Source: Eimeria praecox (Eukaryota). Taken from it: 64,000 bases of DNA. The stretch covers positions 2,232,001 through 2,296,000 of the forward strand of contig OY986949.1 in assembly GCA_963920595.1 (NCBI GenBank). The letters run 5' to 3'. The notes under the pieces are model-generated. The model made no database searches, was not told the origin of the DNA, and was given only the letters and a program-made list of their open reading frames with translations. Within the stretch, counting starts at the first letter, position 1; every line of letters starts with the position of its first letter. The position numbers and the translations under genes were made by a program. Positions 11,970-24,800 of the stretch are shown here, one piece after another.

Positions 11970-14900
11970 ATGGCCTACCGCCTTTGGTTCCTTGCGCTCT
12001 GTCTGGCCGTAGTTGGAAGGTACCCACTTTGCGCGGCCTTACGCGATGACTCCCAGATGACAGATTCACTTGAAGATCATGAAAATGGCATTAATGTTAA
12101 AGCTGCCGCCAGAGAAGGTGTTGAGGCCTCTTTTCAGGAACAAGTGGACACGCCGAGAATACCCAGTGGCCCTTTGCGCCACATGTTTGCAGGCCCTCCA
12201 AGAACAGGTGGTCGCATTGTCCATCCTGGAAATAAATACAAGCAGCAAATGGGATTGCATCCATCTGCGACTGCAGCCGCTTCTCCTGAAGGGCTGCCAT
12301 CTTGGAGGAGGAACCTTCGCTACAGCGAAGCTTCAGATCCGCCGCAAAGGATACGCGCACTATCGCAAGCAGAGAGACGTGAACGCAGCGCGAATGGCCG
12401 TCCGTCACTGCATAAGGGTAGGGACGAGTGGGAGATGGGTGGCCTTTTATTATCGGAGGCCCCTTCCTTTCGGGCGGGAATAAGGGAAATTCTAAGGGAG
12501 GCGCCTTTGAGCAGTGCATTTGACAGAGAGCCCGAAGATGACAGCAACGCCAATCTAGATGAGGCACAGAAGCAGAGGAGCTCATCTTTTGATGAAAATG
12601 CTGACACACGAGCAGACCTTGAGATGACACGCAGGATGAAAAGCCTGGACGGCAGCATATCCATACCTTCGCCCTTGGCTCACAGTTTGCTGTACAGAAC
12701 GAGGGATATAGCTAACCCCCTTAACTTTGCCAACTTCCTTGCAGAAGGCCAAGAATGGCTCATTCCAGGTACGGGGAGCCTCTGGCAAGGCATTGGGCGA
12801 CAGGTGGATTCATTTTTTTCAGGAATATTTTTGAAGACAGCCAGCATTTTACCAAACTACAAGCGAAACGTGATTATCTGCTATAAGGAGTACAAGCCCT
12901 CAATGTGGATAGAAATGTTTGGTCAAAGAAATCAGTTTCTTCGGCAACTGGCCTCGCTTTTTCAGGGCACTCATCGCATGCAGTCTGTTTATCTTCGAAA
13001 TCTCGGGATGGAGATATTTGAAGTGCCTCCATTGTGGCGTGTTCGTGAATTCATTGCCACGGTGCTGAAGCTGGACAGATATGTGAGCCACGTATACACT
13101 GACCAGCTGGTAAGCGACTTCGACAACGAACTCCAAGTGGCTTTGCCGGACAATTCTTCCCAAGAAGAAATAGCATCAGAGCCTTTGAGTTTTCGTCAAG
13201 GTGATAGCAGTAGACAAGCTGATAATGGGCAACACCATGCAACGATCCAATATAGGGCACCGAGCCGCCGGTTGGAGGTTATGACAAATGATCCCTTTAC
13301 TTGGCAGCAATGGGCAATTGTAGACAGCGGTCCTACCAGATGGGGAATCGAAGCCCCCAACGCATGGGAGGTTTGGACAGGTAACAGCACCACCAAGAAA
13401 AGCTCCAGCCATGCGAACAACGATGCCTACTACATAGTATTGAGCCCAACTAAGAGGTTGGCAGCTAGCACTCTGAGCATTTTGATTCGCTTTGCTTTCA
13501 TGTATGAAATGCGTGTTAGGCCAGGGGCTGAAGCCGCGCTTCACAGTCGCTGTGATAGACAGTGGCGTCGACTACGAGCACCCTGACTTACAAAACCAAA
13601 TATGGCGGAACCCAGATGAAATCTGTGGAAACGGCATAGATGATGATTTTAATGGATTTGTAGATGACTGCATAGGCTGGGTACGCTGGGTTATCTTACC
13701 TCCACGCGGCTTTCAAATTTAGTGTGGATGAGGAAACCGGCATAGTACACCAATGTCACTCAAAGCGGAAGTTCACTTCCCTTTCCATGTGTGCTAATTC
13801 AGGATTTTGTAAAAGGGACGAACCTACCTATGGACGATAACGGTCACGGTACCGCTTCTGCGGGAATCATTGCTGCCGAACCCAATAACGGAATAGGCCT
13901 CACTGGGGTTTGCTGGGGCTGCGATATCTTGGTACTAAAAGCACTAAATGAGGACATAAAGGGAACCATCAGTGCATTTGCTAGATCACTGGACTACGCG
14001 ATTGGAAAAGGAATCATGCTGTCAAACAACAGCTACGGGGGAAGAGGCAGCGGATTCAGAGGTCTTCAAGAGGCTGTTCAACGAGCGCGACAGGCAGGAA
14101 TGATTGTTGTCGCAGCTGCAGGGAACTATAACGGCAACAACGACAACGACAAGTGAAGCAATGATCATTTCACACAGCAATATTGACGCCTATTTTACCC
14201 GTAGCTGAGCCACTCTTGGCTGGGGCTATTAATTCGAGTGCGTCCGCAAGCGCCACCGTTCAACTTCTATGTTACTGCCTATGGTGATATTTGTGCAGGC
14301 AGCCCGTTTTCCCGGCATCATACGATCTAGACAACGTCGTCTCCGTCGCAGCCATTAGCCGCAACGGCCAGCTTGCACCATTCAGTAGCTATGGAAAGAG
14401 GCAAGTTGACGTTGCTGCTCCAGGTGCGAACATAATGACGACATCGGCCAGAAGAACCTACCGGTCTGTCAGCGGAACAAGCTTTGCCGTCCCTATGGTG
14501 ACGGGCACCATCGCCCTTCTATGGACACGCCGTCCACAGTTGAATTACCGCCAAGTCATCCACCGTCTGCTGCGAAGCGTGAAAAAGAACCCTCACCTTG
14601 AAGGTGAGTAGCCAACGGCATCCCGCTTGAAATAGCTTAAGCCGGTGAAAATGTTTTTTCCTGATTGTGCTGAAGCTTAGCAAGCTTGAACAAGCTTGCA
14701 CTACTCTAAAACGCAGCGTATGCTTCCATGTTACCCAACCTGACCTCTGTTGCTCGCTGAAGCCACACAGCATATGTTTGCTGCTTTCTTCGTCTGTGGC
14801 TTTACAGGATTGATTGCAACAGGAGGCACTGTTGACGCGTGGAGCACACTAGCAAAAGAAGACATACTAGACCCGTATGCCGCCCTTCCCGTTCTTCCCA

Positions 14901-16130
14901 TGACATGTGCTTCAGCTTCATGCAGTCAATACGCGACCTGTTCAGATGCGCAAGGAACAGCGAAGTGTGTATGCAATCATGGATTCGAAGGAGACGGAAA
15001 AGTGTGCAAGGATATCGACGAATGTATTTTTAGTCCATGTGGGCCTGCATCCGTGTGCGTTAACACAGTCGGCAGCTATCAGTGCAAGTGCCGAAAAGGA
15101 TTCCAGCAGACTCAGGAAGCGTGCATAGATATCGACGAATGCAGCCTCGGACTGCAAAACTTGATTCCGCGACCTTGTCCACTACAAGCTCAATGCTTCA
15201 ATTTCAGCGGAACCTTTGACTGCATCTGCCCAAGGGGAACAGCATGGAATGGCATCTCGGGACCTGCCGCACAGTGCCTCAGAATAAGTGAGATGTTTTA
15301 AACAGAAACGACATTGAGAATTTAAATAGCACACGCCACTTTCCGTATCCTTTGAGATTCGATCCAGCAGTAGCTATTTGTCCAGTAATATTGGGATAGC
15401 TTGCTTTTTGAGTCCCTTAACTGAACTTGTAGCAAGCTGGGGGCAACGTGCGTGCACGTTTCATGCTAAACTTTGAGAGTGCGATGCTGCTATATTCTCA
15501 GATTCCCCAAATCGGGGGCCTTGCGCTCATAATGGGGGCTGTGGAGCTAATTCTCTGTGTCAAGCTCTTTTTACTCCAGAGCCAACGCGAAAGTGCAAAT
15601 GCGTCAATGGGTTCAAGCCCCTGCGCTTGGGCAACCGAGAGATCGCGGCCGCCATGGCGAACTCCGAGATGAGCTCATTCGACAATACAGTGTGCATTCG
15701 TGAAGACATCCTACCAGAGGAACAGGCCTACTACATCATAACGATGCACAAAGAACGGCTTAAGCACAGGCGAATGCCCCTTTCAACACAGACCCCAGTG
15801 GCGCTCGATAAAGCGACCAACATGCAAACCACAAAGCAGTACTCGGAGCAGCCTCGCTTAGGAATTCCCACCCATCAGAACCTCAACCACGTGCCTACAG
15901 CTAGCATTCCAACTCCGTTTACTTCCGGGCTGTTGAAGAAGCCATGGGATTCAGATGCCCCTGCCCCGGTTCAAGGTCTGCCACGTTCTCCCCAAGCGAA
16001 CATGCCTTATCAAGTCTCTGCTGCAACAGACATCCATACAGCAGTTTCCAACCAGGCACAAATTTTGGAAAAGCAACGGATGATGCCATTGTCAAGGGGC
16101 TCTTGCTTGCTTGGAGTGTGTTTCCGGTAG
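11970..16130 (+). CDS. Secreted subtilisin-like serine protease (S8A) with long prodomain and C-terminal EGF-like repeats, about 6 exons
   Basis: Signal peptide MAYRLWFLALCLAVVG (alternative upstream ATG near 11922). Catalytic triad: 'VAVIDSGVD', 'DNGHGTASAG', 'SGTSFAVP'; oxyanion 'AAAGN'. SUB1-type Ca loop 'ICGNGIDDDFNGFVDDCIGW|DF'. EGF-Ca repeats 'CKDIDECIFSPC...CVNTVGSYQCKC' and 'CIDIDEC'. GT-AG introns near 13381-13519, 13681-13802, 14152-14298, 14604-14807, 15287-15501. The 3' end is uncertain. Confidence 0.9.
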
Positions 16131-17524
16131 TGGAACATGGAACAGAGGCGCCAGTGGCAACCGTCATATCCGTAATAAACCCGTTGCAGCCACCACGTGT
16201 GCTGAGGCCCCGATGAGATGGAATGGAAACCAGGCAACCAAAACGCAAGTGCTACAACGCGTTTTTGACGCTGACCCATTCAAGCACCTCAACGATCGAG
16301 CTCCTTAACAGTGATGGCTTGTGCAGCTCTTTAACTTCAGGACATCTTCAACGTTGGGCGGGAAGGGGGAGTTCCTATATCATGGTGTCTCTCCTCTTCA
16401 GGCCGCTTCGTCCTTCTGCACTAAACACAGCGGGTAACTAGGACGCAATCAAAGCGCTCCCCATTTACTCTTCGAGAGAAAAAATATCGCATCGGTTTTC
16501 CATATGTCACGTAGCTCGCAGAGAATTTGCTAATCTGTTGCGTTTAAAGTGAAGCGAGTACTGCTGCCTCTAGGCCAGTCACGACAGCTGGTTGCCCGGC
16601 CTCTGTCCCACAATTGTGTTGAGTCACTGACTTTTTCCCACTTGCATACCTAGGGCTGGGTATGCTGTTACTTGTTTCAAAACCATAATTAATTCTTTTT
16701 CAGAAGGGGCATCAGTAGTTGACTAAAACCGGTGTCAGCTTAGACGAGTTGCCCACTAGCCGGAGCCGTCTGCGCAGTACGGACCGCTAGGGTCACCACC
16801 TTGAAATTTGTCATCCGGTAGACGAAATCAAAGAAGGAAAGCTCCAAAGTTAGTCTATTAACGGAGGTTACCAAGGACGGCACACGGGGCGTCTTTGTAG
16901 CGACAGTGGATGGGCACCCACCGAGACACCGAGGGCAGCTGATTCATGACGTCTGACTCCTGAACATTAATGCATATTTTCTCTTTCAAGGAGGCTAAAT
17001 ATAATTATGTAACAGTCTTCATTCGCAGCCACAGGGAGATTCACAGTTCCGCCCTCGAGACATCAGAGGGTCACCGTGGTACCTCTTGCTCCCAACTCTA
17101 GGCCGCTGCTAAAGCGAAGGAAAGTGAAAAAGTTATTTCTATGAAATGGAAATACGCGAGCTATATGCAGAAGGGAAAACCTTGCAAAATCTTCGCCCGC
17201 GATAGCAACGCGGCTTGTCAGGACAGGAAGGGACTCATGGCATGCTAATGCGCTCGAAGCCCGCTGGGGTTTTGCAGTTTTTCTTCCCAGGGGCGTATCC
17301 TTGACTAAGCAGAGGGCAAGAGAGTAACAGATATTTTCAGCAAGCCTCAATGCTGTCTCTGTGGCATCGTATGCGGAAGACTACAACTCCAGGGGAACTG
17401 CAAATGCATTTCTAGGGTACTCATACTCATCTCTGACAATACGCTGCAAATACAAGTAGAAGCGAAGTGCTATCTGTGATTTGTTTGTAAAAAGCTTTTC
17501 GTCCCACCAATACTTGAGTGAAAG

Positions 17525-20500
17525 ATGTCTGGGGTACGTGTGCAACGCCTTATGCGGCTTATCGACGAGTCGCGTCCGCTCCAGCATGGGTCGGATGGGC
17601 ATGCATCCATGCGGAAACTAGAAATGGCATATCATGAGATATGCCTACTGGCAGAGACATCTCTTATGGACCTCAATGCTGGTGACCATTCACAATCGAA
17701 ACGGGCATTCTCTATCCCATTTCTTGCCAAGCACTATTCGTTTAGCAACGTCACAAAACTGTTGGCTGGTTTGTCTATAGCCTTGCGGACTTGAGCTATA
17801 CTCTGTGCAGGATGTGGTCCCGTATTATTGTGTTGTGGTGGATATCTGTCCTCCTTCCTTCCTGCCAGACATGATTCTTGCCTTTTGCTTGCAAGCTTGT
17901 GCCCATGGAGATGAGGAGAAAGCAAGTCACGTTTTCCAGGTTGGCCACCCAGCAGCAAGAACCCCCTGACAAGGGTTATTAGCCTTTAAGCTTTGCGGGG
18001 ATCAGGTGAGCCTAGAAGGGAACAGTGCTGCACAGTAGAGGGCCGCATTCGTGTATTGCTTTTGCATGGCCATCAGCTCTTCGATCAAGTTGGAATTCGA
18101 TCCCCGCGTACAAAGGCATATGGGCTTCTTTTCCGGTAAGCTGGATTTCGAATTTCTGTTGTATGTCTCCATGTGCTGCATGCATGCATTTTCAAGATGA
18201 AAAACGCCAGCATAGTGTGCACATCGAGCGCCCTCGATCAGGAATTATGATAGGCCTGCTTGCAAACACGCCACCGTTCATACTGAAGGAGTAGCAACGA
18301 TACAACCCTCTGCGCTGCAGGGCATACCTGGAGACCAAACAAGCACAACCAGCAGCAGTGAAAGGCATGGTGGCTGTGGATCAGCACGTAGGGGCGCTTA
18401 GTTTTGTAGAAAAGGCTCTTGCGACCGTGGACGAAGTGACCCAGTCAGTCCCATATTGAGAACAATTAAAATTATGCTACTGAAGACTTCTATTTGACTT
18501 TCACTGCTGCAAACAATTACAACTGATGCATCCGTCTAGCACTTCGCTGCCATGTAGTGGAATACCCTATGCGGATTGTAATCAAGCAATATGCCCCCAA
18601 TCCATCCCCCGTGGGTTCTCTGTGACGGTAAGGAATTCCTCTTCCCCATTTCACTTTCCTTTCCGAGCGCTTTTGCCGGCAGAATGGAGAGTTTTACCCA
18701 GCACGCCATCAAAGTTATTCTAGTACTCCTACGGCCCTTCGTAAGACCATTTTGGGCTCGCAATTTTTGCAACAGCTTGGAGAGGATCTTGCCCTTTCTG
18801 CAGTAGGTAATTTAATGCTTCCCAGTACCGCTGTTAACGATAGCCAGCCCGGTGCTAGAGGGGAAGCAGAGTTAGCAATAGGTGGCGTATTCCTTTAGGC
18901 TTTCCTTTTGCTGTGGAAGCGCTCCTGCAGACTTCAAGAGGCACGTGCCCCATCAAAAGGTGCAGGAAGAGCTGCTAAAAATGCGCAGGCTACGGCTCCC
19001 CCATCAAATGGAGTCCAAACTCAAGGAAGTGTCTGTAGAACCGCTAACATGGCTGGGTTCAGGCTTATCGTATCGTTCCTCCTTCACGCTGCGTTCTGTT
19101 TCGAAGATGGAGGCAGGCGTGCAAAAACCCAAAAGGTCAAGTGAAGAGACATTCTGCTGCAGCTGTAGCTGGATGTGCAAGCATTACGAATATATAGCAC
19201 ATCTGGACTATCTCCGCCTCGGTAGCTGCACTTTTAAAAACCTGGGCGCAGCGGGAGCAGGGATTACTAAAGCTGCGGTTGAGCGCTTTAGGCCGTTGAA
19301 GATGCGATGCAACTGTGTGTTGAGGCCAAGGCTGCCCACGGGCACGCACCGCAGTGGCATAAGCACCAGTACATTTTGCAACGCAAGCTAGCCATGTAAG
19401 CCGTACCCCGTGGCTATCCTTTGCATTTATTTCTTGAATTTGCAAGCCAGTTAATGGGGATATTGGAGCTGCGAAATGCGGTTGCACCATTCTTTGACAA
19501 TATGATATGGGAAAATCAGGGATAGCTTTTATTTGTGTGATATTTAAGGATTCGTGGTGGGCTGGGAGGAAGGCAGGATGGCAATGGGCCAATATCAACG
19601 AAGGTGGAATTCCCATACTGGGCAGGGACAGTGGAAACGGCTATATCAATAGGCCGGTTTGCTGTGAAGGCAGCGCAAGGTGTTGGGTCAGCAGGATCGC
19701 AAAAGGAGAATGTAGCAGGTCCTAAAGGGGAGCCTGCTTGCAATGAGCTTTTGAAAGCATGGGCAATTTTGGATCCACAATTGCCACAAGTTGTTCGGAC
19801 AGCATTTATTACTAGAGGGACGCCAGAAGAGGTTGATGACCAGATTTGCAATATACAAAAGTCTGTCGAGCCTCCTCGAACAGTTGGGGAAAACGAACAC
19901 TTTGCAGGCTATTTATTGGCAAAAGCAGCCTTGGCTCAAAGGCTTTTTCCCCTGGCTAGAGTCATGACGAAGGCTTTGGAAAGGTAAGGCTGTTCCGCTA
20001 TTACGGCTGCTAGTAACCCCACCTCACTGCGCCGCTTGTTCAGCGAACAGAATTTTCTCATTGCCGACGTTTAAATGTAGGATCATAGCAGATTTGGGTA
20101 TGGGTATGCGCACTTGTTTGAACGTGCTCCTCTTCTAGGTGGCAAGCTGGAACTACGAGTGCTGCTGTGCTACAACGAATGTTGGAGACCGAGACAGAGT
20201 TGCGCCTGCGCGAATTTCTTTGTGAGCTCCGCCATCAGGAAGGTACAAGTTTTTCTCCTCCTACCGATTTTGCTCTGCTCTCTGCTTCGACTCGAGAGCC
20301 ATGTCCAATCCGGGACATCCGAGTGCAGGCGGTACGCCGCCTGGACGAATGTCTTACTGCTATTGCCCATGTTAGTGAGAACGGAGATCTGGTGGAGATT
20401 TGCGTTGCTACCATGTGGAATATCGCGAGGCCGTGCCTAGGCCCCGAAACTCGACGTCACATCTATAGAAACATGCAGAAGGTAGGCACAGAGGAGGGAA

Positions 20501-21843
20501 GTAAAGCGCCTGAGTCGATTGTTTCCCAACATACATTATTTGTTTCGCCAATGCTTCGAATAAGCCATACGTATTTCTGCGTAGGCCAGTAATGCCCTGG
20601 ACCGCTGCCAGTCAAGCCATATCTCACTTCGAGTGCATCTTCTTCACCAACTGGCACAGTGCGAGGTTGAAGAAGAACTTTTCAAAGCAGCGCAGGCAAC
20701 CATTACCAAGGCACTGGAACTTGAACGCCGCTGCTGCCCTGCTGCTTACCAGAGAAATGAGCCTGCATCAAACGGTCAGCTCGCTATGAATGCTCCAGAT
20801 AATCCGGTACTGACAACTAGTTGTATTGTGGAAGGTGAAGCAAATCTGGCGCAGATGGCCGATTCCCGGCCGCTAAGCTTATCGTTAGAACGAATGGCCC
20901 AAGCAGTGAGTCAACTAACTGTGGCAGTGGATAACTCCAGTCCTGTCGAGCAGATCCAGAACATAGCGTTTCGCGGCAGGCACGACCTACCAATTGTCGA
21001 AATAATTCATATTGCTGAAGACCTTCGCAAGAAAGCACTTCATCAGTTGGCTGATGAAGAGGGCAAAATCTGTAGCCGCCAGCTCCGAGTAGAGCCACAA
21101 AACGCAAGCAAGCGGTTGGTTGGCTCACCACAACAAAGAAGAGCTTCTGTTCAACGAAAGCAAATGCTTTCCTTTAGAGGAGAAAGCACGATAAAAAAGA
21201 TAATAGCATCATACGGTCATTTAGTCAGTCGTGCGCAAGAACTTGGGGATGATCGGGCCACGGCGAGGGCTGCAACTGCTATTCTGTCTATGATCCATGG
21301 AACTGAGAGGTGCTTGGATCCAGCATCTCTCAATGCCGAGCCATGCGAGACGGCTACGCCAGTTGATTTGCGCATACGGCTGAGGCCGCCCCTTGAAACT
21401 GAGATGGCCGTGCATGCCATCGAAGCTGCATACGCACTGGTATGTGTCTTTGGCGGACATCAGTGTGGGACAGCAGAGCCTCACTGTTTGGAAACATTCT
21501 TTGCAGCCATCTGAACATGGATTTTCCCCGCAGGCTCTATGCTGCAGCAAGTTGAAGACGGCTGGCACCTCCGGTAGTACCGAAATTAGTACCATGGGGC
21601 CAGCCTTCGAAGACAGTGATATACTTTTGGAAGAGCAGCCCTTGCTTCCAAAGGAAAATGGCAGTGGCTCAACTATGAAGTCTGGCGAAAATCCAGTTTC
21701 GGATGAGCAACGAGTCCACAATCTACTTTTGTTTGGGGCGAGGCTCAGGTATGTACTAATTCATGTTTAATATTCCGATTCCAGCCGGCAGGCAAGGCCA
21801 AGTAGAAGCAAGCTTTTAGTGGGTCTTGACGGAAGAAGAGCAG

Positions 21844-21894
<51 letters not shown>

Positions 21895-24800
21895 GCCTGC
21901 AGCGATGCCTTTGGACAAACATGGCTCGCCTTCAATGCAGCAGTTCACGCATGGAACATATACAGAAGTTTGCTTTTTAGCAGTCCAACAAGGGTGCAGG
22001 AGATCAGTCGACTGCTGCCAGTTTTGAAAGAACTTTTCCAGCGGCTTTTGGAGCAACCGCCCAATACCTGCGATGTTGTCGTGCATACTTTCACCGAGTT
22101 TTGTTCCCGCTCTGCCCTTGTAAGAACATTTAGTTTACCCGCCAGCTTGTAGCCCACTGGCACGCTTTTAAGCCATTCCTTGATGTATTGCGTCAGTGGC
22201 CACATGTCAGGCGCTTCAAGACTTTGGATTGGTTCAAGAGTTCTGTTCAAAAGTTCCACTCTGGCACAACTCGAGCAGGCGCAAGATTTTCGGCGCCTTG
22301 CTTCAAGATGTCATGCTTCAAGAAATACCACAACCTATTCTTTCACGGCTATTGAAAACGTCTTCTAGTGCATTTCAAGAGACTTCCGGAGGACTGGACA
22401 AATCGTCAAAGGCGAAACAGGCAAAGGGGCCGGCTCCAGCAGTAGCTGAAAATGCATCACTGCTCAAGCTGACTCCAGACATTCTGGCACTCCTCCAAAT
22501 TGAGGTGCATACGCCATTGTACTCGTTAGGAACACCCAGGTTTCGTCTGCCTCTGGATGAATCATCCTATCAGCGCGTGGTTGTCGTTGCAAGCCGATGG
22601 CTTGCCGCAGTTTGTATGGTCTCTGCATGCTTATTACGTGCTGGTGGCTGCTATTCAGAAGGCGATACTGGAAAAGGAATCTTCAACGAGGGAGCACCTT
22701 TTATTGCAGTGTGGAGATTTGCTGTGGTCTGCCACAACTGCCATGGCTGCACCCACTTCTGCTGAACTAGTGGAATCGGTTGAGTTGCTCAAGACGGAGC
22801 TATGGACCCGCCTTGCAGCTGCATCGCTCTCCGTAAACGCCGCTTCCATCCAAGGCCTATCAGTGGCTTCCGCGTTCCAAGCGCTTGGAGAAAAGTGCTG
22901 TGTAGTGCCGTATAAAATTCCTTCCAATACAAATTATCAACTACAACTATGGAGAGGCGTAGCGCACGTTCTAGCTGGATTAGCTCTACTTGCTACAGAT
23001 TTTACAATGTGAGCAACAACAATTGCATTTCACTTTGGCATTAAAGGTTCCCAAGGAAAGCGCACATATCCCGCAGTTAACGTGAGTAGGGATCGGATTG
23101 TTTGCGTTGATAGGGCGGGAAATATGTGGGCAATACGCCACCTTCTGCAAGCCTGTGAATACGGGAAGGAAGCTAATTGCGTGTCACTGCTTCTTTTTGC
23201 TGCAAAAGCACTGTGGAACGCGGCCTCACCAGTAATGGGTGATGAGAATAACGGGGAGCAGGCATGTTTGGCAGTGAAAGCCGCTCTGTACACGATCCCG
23301 ACCAGTTATCGTCCTGTTGCAACAACCCTGATAACTCGCATGTGCATGGGACTTCTTTGGTCCCTGCCTAACAGCAGGAAGTGGGATGAACTCTTTCGCA
23401 CTGCCGAAGCTGCAATGCTGCTGGTGCCCAAAGTGCTTCACACTCCCCTGATGAAACTGCAGATTCTCGCTCTAACCCACACAGAAGCGCCTAATTTGTC
23501 GGCCACAGTATGCAGCCTCGCCCGGAGCGAACCATCGAGCGAGGCTGACTTGTTACTTTGTTTTGCTCGGCTTGCTCAAAAAACTCCCGGCCTTATGCCT
23601 ATGGTAATGGAAGCTTATGAGGGAGCTCTGATTCTATTCGAAAGTGACAAGGACCCACATGGGATTGTTGTTCACTTGGAGGTTGCAGAGTGGCTCCTTA
23701 GCATGCGACGCTCTTGGAGTAAGGCCAGTTCACATATTCGTGCTGCGTTGGAGCTGCTTAAGAGAGTTGAATGCCAACAAGAGGTGAGCAACCAGAAGTG
23801 CACTTCAAAGAGACCCTGCGCTTATAGGTGCGGTACATTGCTCTGTTTTGGCACATTCCTGTGCTTGCGTGCAACTGTCAACTGTGTTCGATAACTGTGC
23901 AGTGCCGGCTGCCATGGGACTACTCAGAGGAAGAGAGTGACACTCAACCAGCCTCAGCAGCGTGCTCACCAGGCTTCATTAGTCTTGATGGCACTATAAT
24001 CAGGCTTGACAATTTGCTCCTACTGCAAGCGCAGGCGCTCAAACTCTTTTATTCTCCAGATACATCAGAGACAGCAGAAGCAATGCGTCAAATTGTCAGT
24101 CTGTCTTCTCAAATGCTTGAGGCATCCGTACAAAGCCCCTCAAAGAATACAAGCGAACAAGATAGGACAACAAGAGAGGGGGAAACTAGTGGTGCCGAAT
24201 CTTCTGGAGAACACACAGAGGTGAGTCCCTGTATAAGGACCAACGGTGCTTCCTAGTTAAAATGCCAAGTCCTTATTGCGGCATTACTACGAGCTTGAAA
24301 AGCATGAGGGCTGAGCTCACCTCTGCAATGAGCGAATACGTCGGGCCACCGTAGGCTATTTCTCGGGAGGAACAAGTTTCTATTTGCACGTGAACCTGTG
24401 AGATTGCAGCAGACGACACGGAAGCTTGATCCTTGGGCGTCAACCAGTCTGTACGATCCGATTCGCCTCGCGCGTTTCGATTCACAGGGCAACTCCCCAG
24501 CTGCTGCAGAAGGCGCATGGCTCTACAACTTGAAAACGGGGGTATCTGGGGGCAAAGGAGGCCTGGGGTCTCTTCTGACATCTCGAATGCACAGGAACTC
24601 TGGTACGATCAGGGATATCTTGCTGTGGTCTACCAGCCTCACTTTAGCATTCCGCCTTTTGAACAAAACAGAAACTCATTTATTTGAGCTTGGATTGGAA
24701 GCCTGGGCCTTGCGACTCACTCGGTTACGCGCAAAGGTAACAGAGGCATTCCTTATGCTTTCGCTACAGTCAAATAGTTCTAACTCTTTTGTGAGTGGGA

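Noticed and set aside
16866..16880. X-box-like GGTTACCAAGGAC upstream of the ciliary gene CFAP46
   Set aside because: The match is imperfect, and RFX factors are not known in apicomplexans.
21826..22152. ORFs with CVCVCV / HTHTHT repeats
   Set aside because: These are translations of the intronic TG microsatellite.
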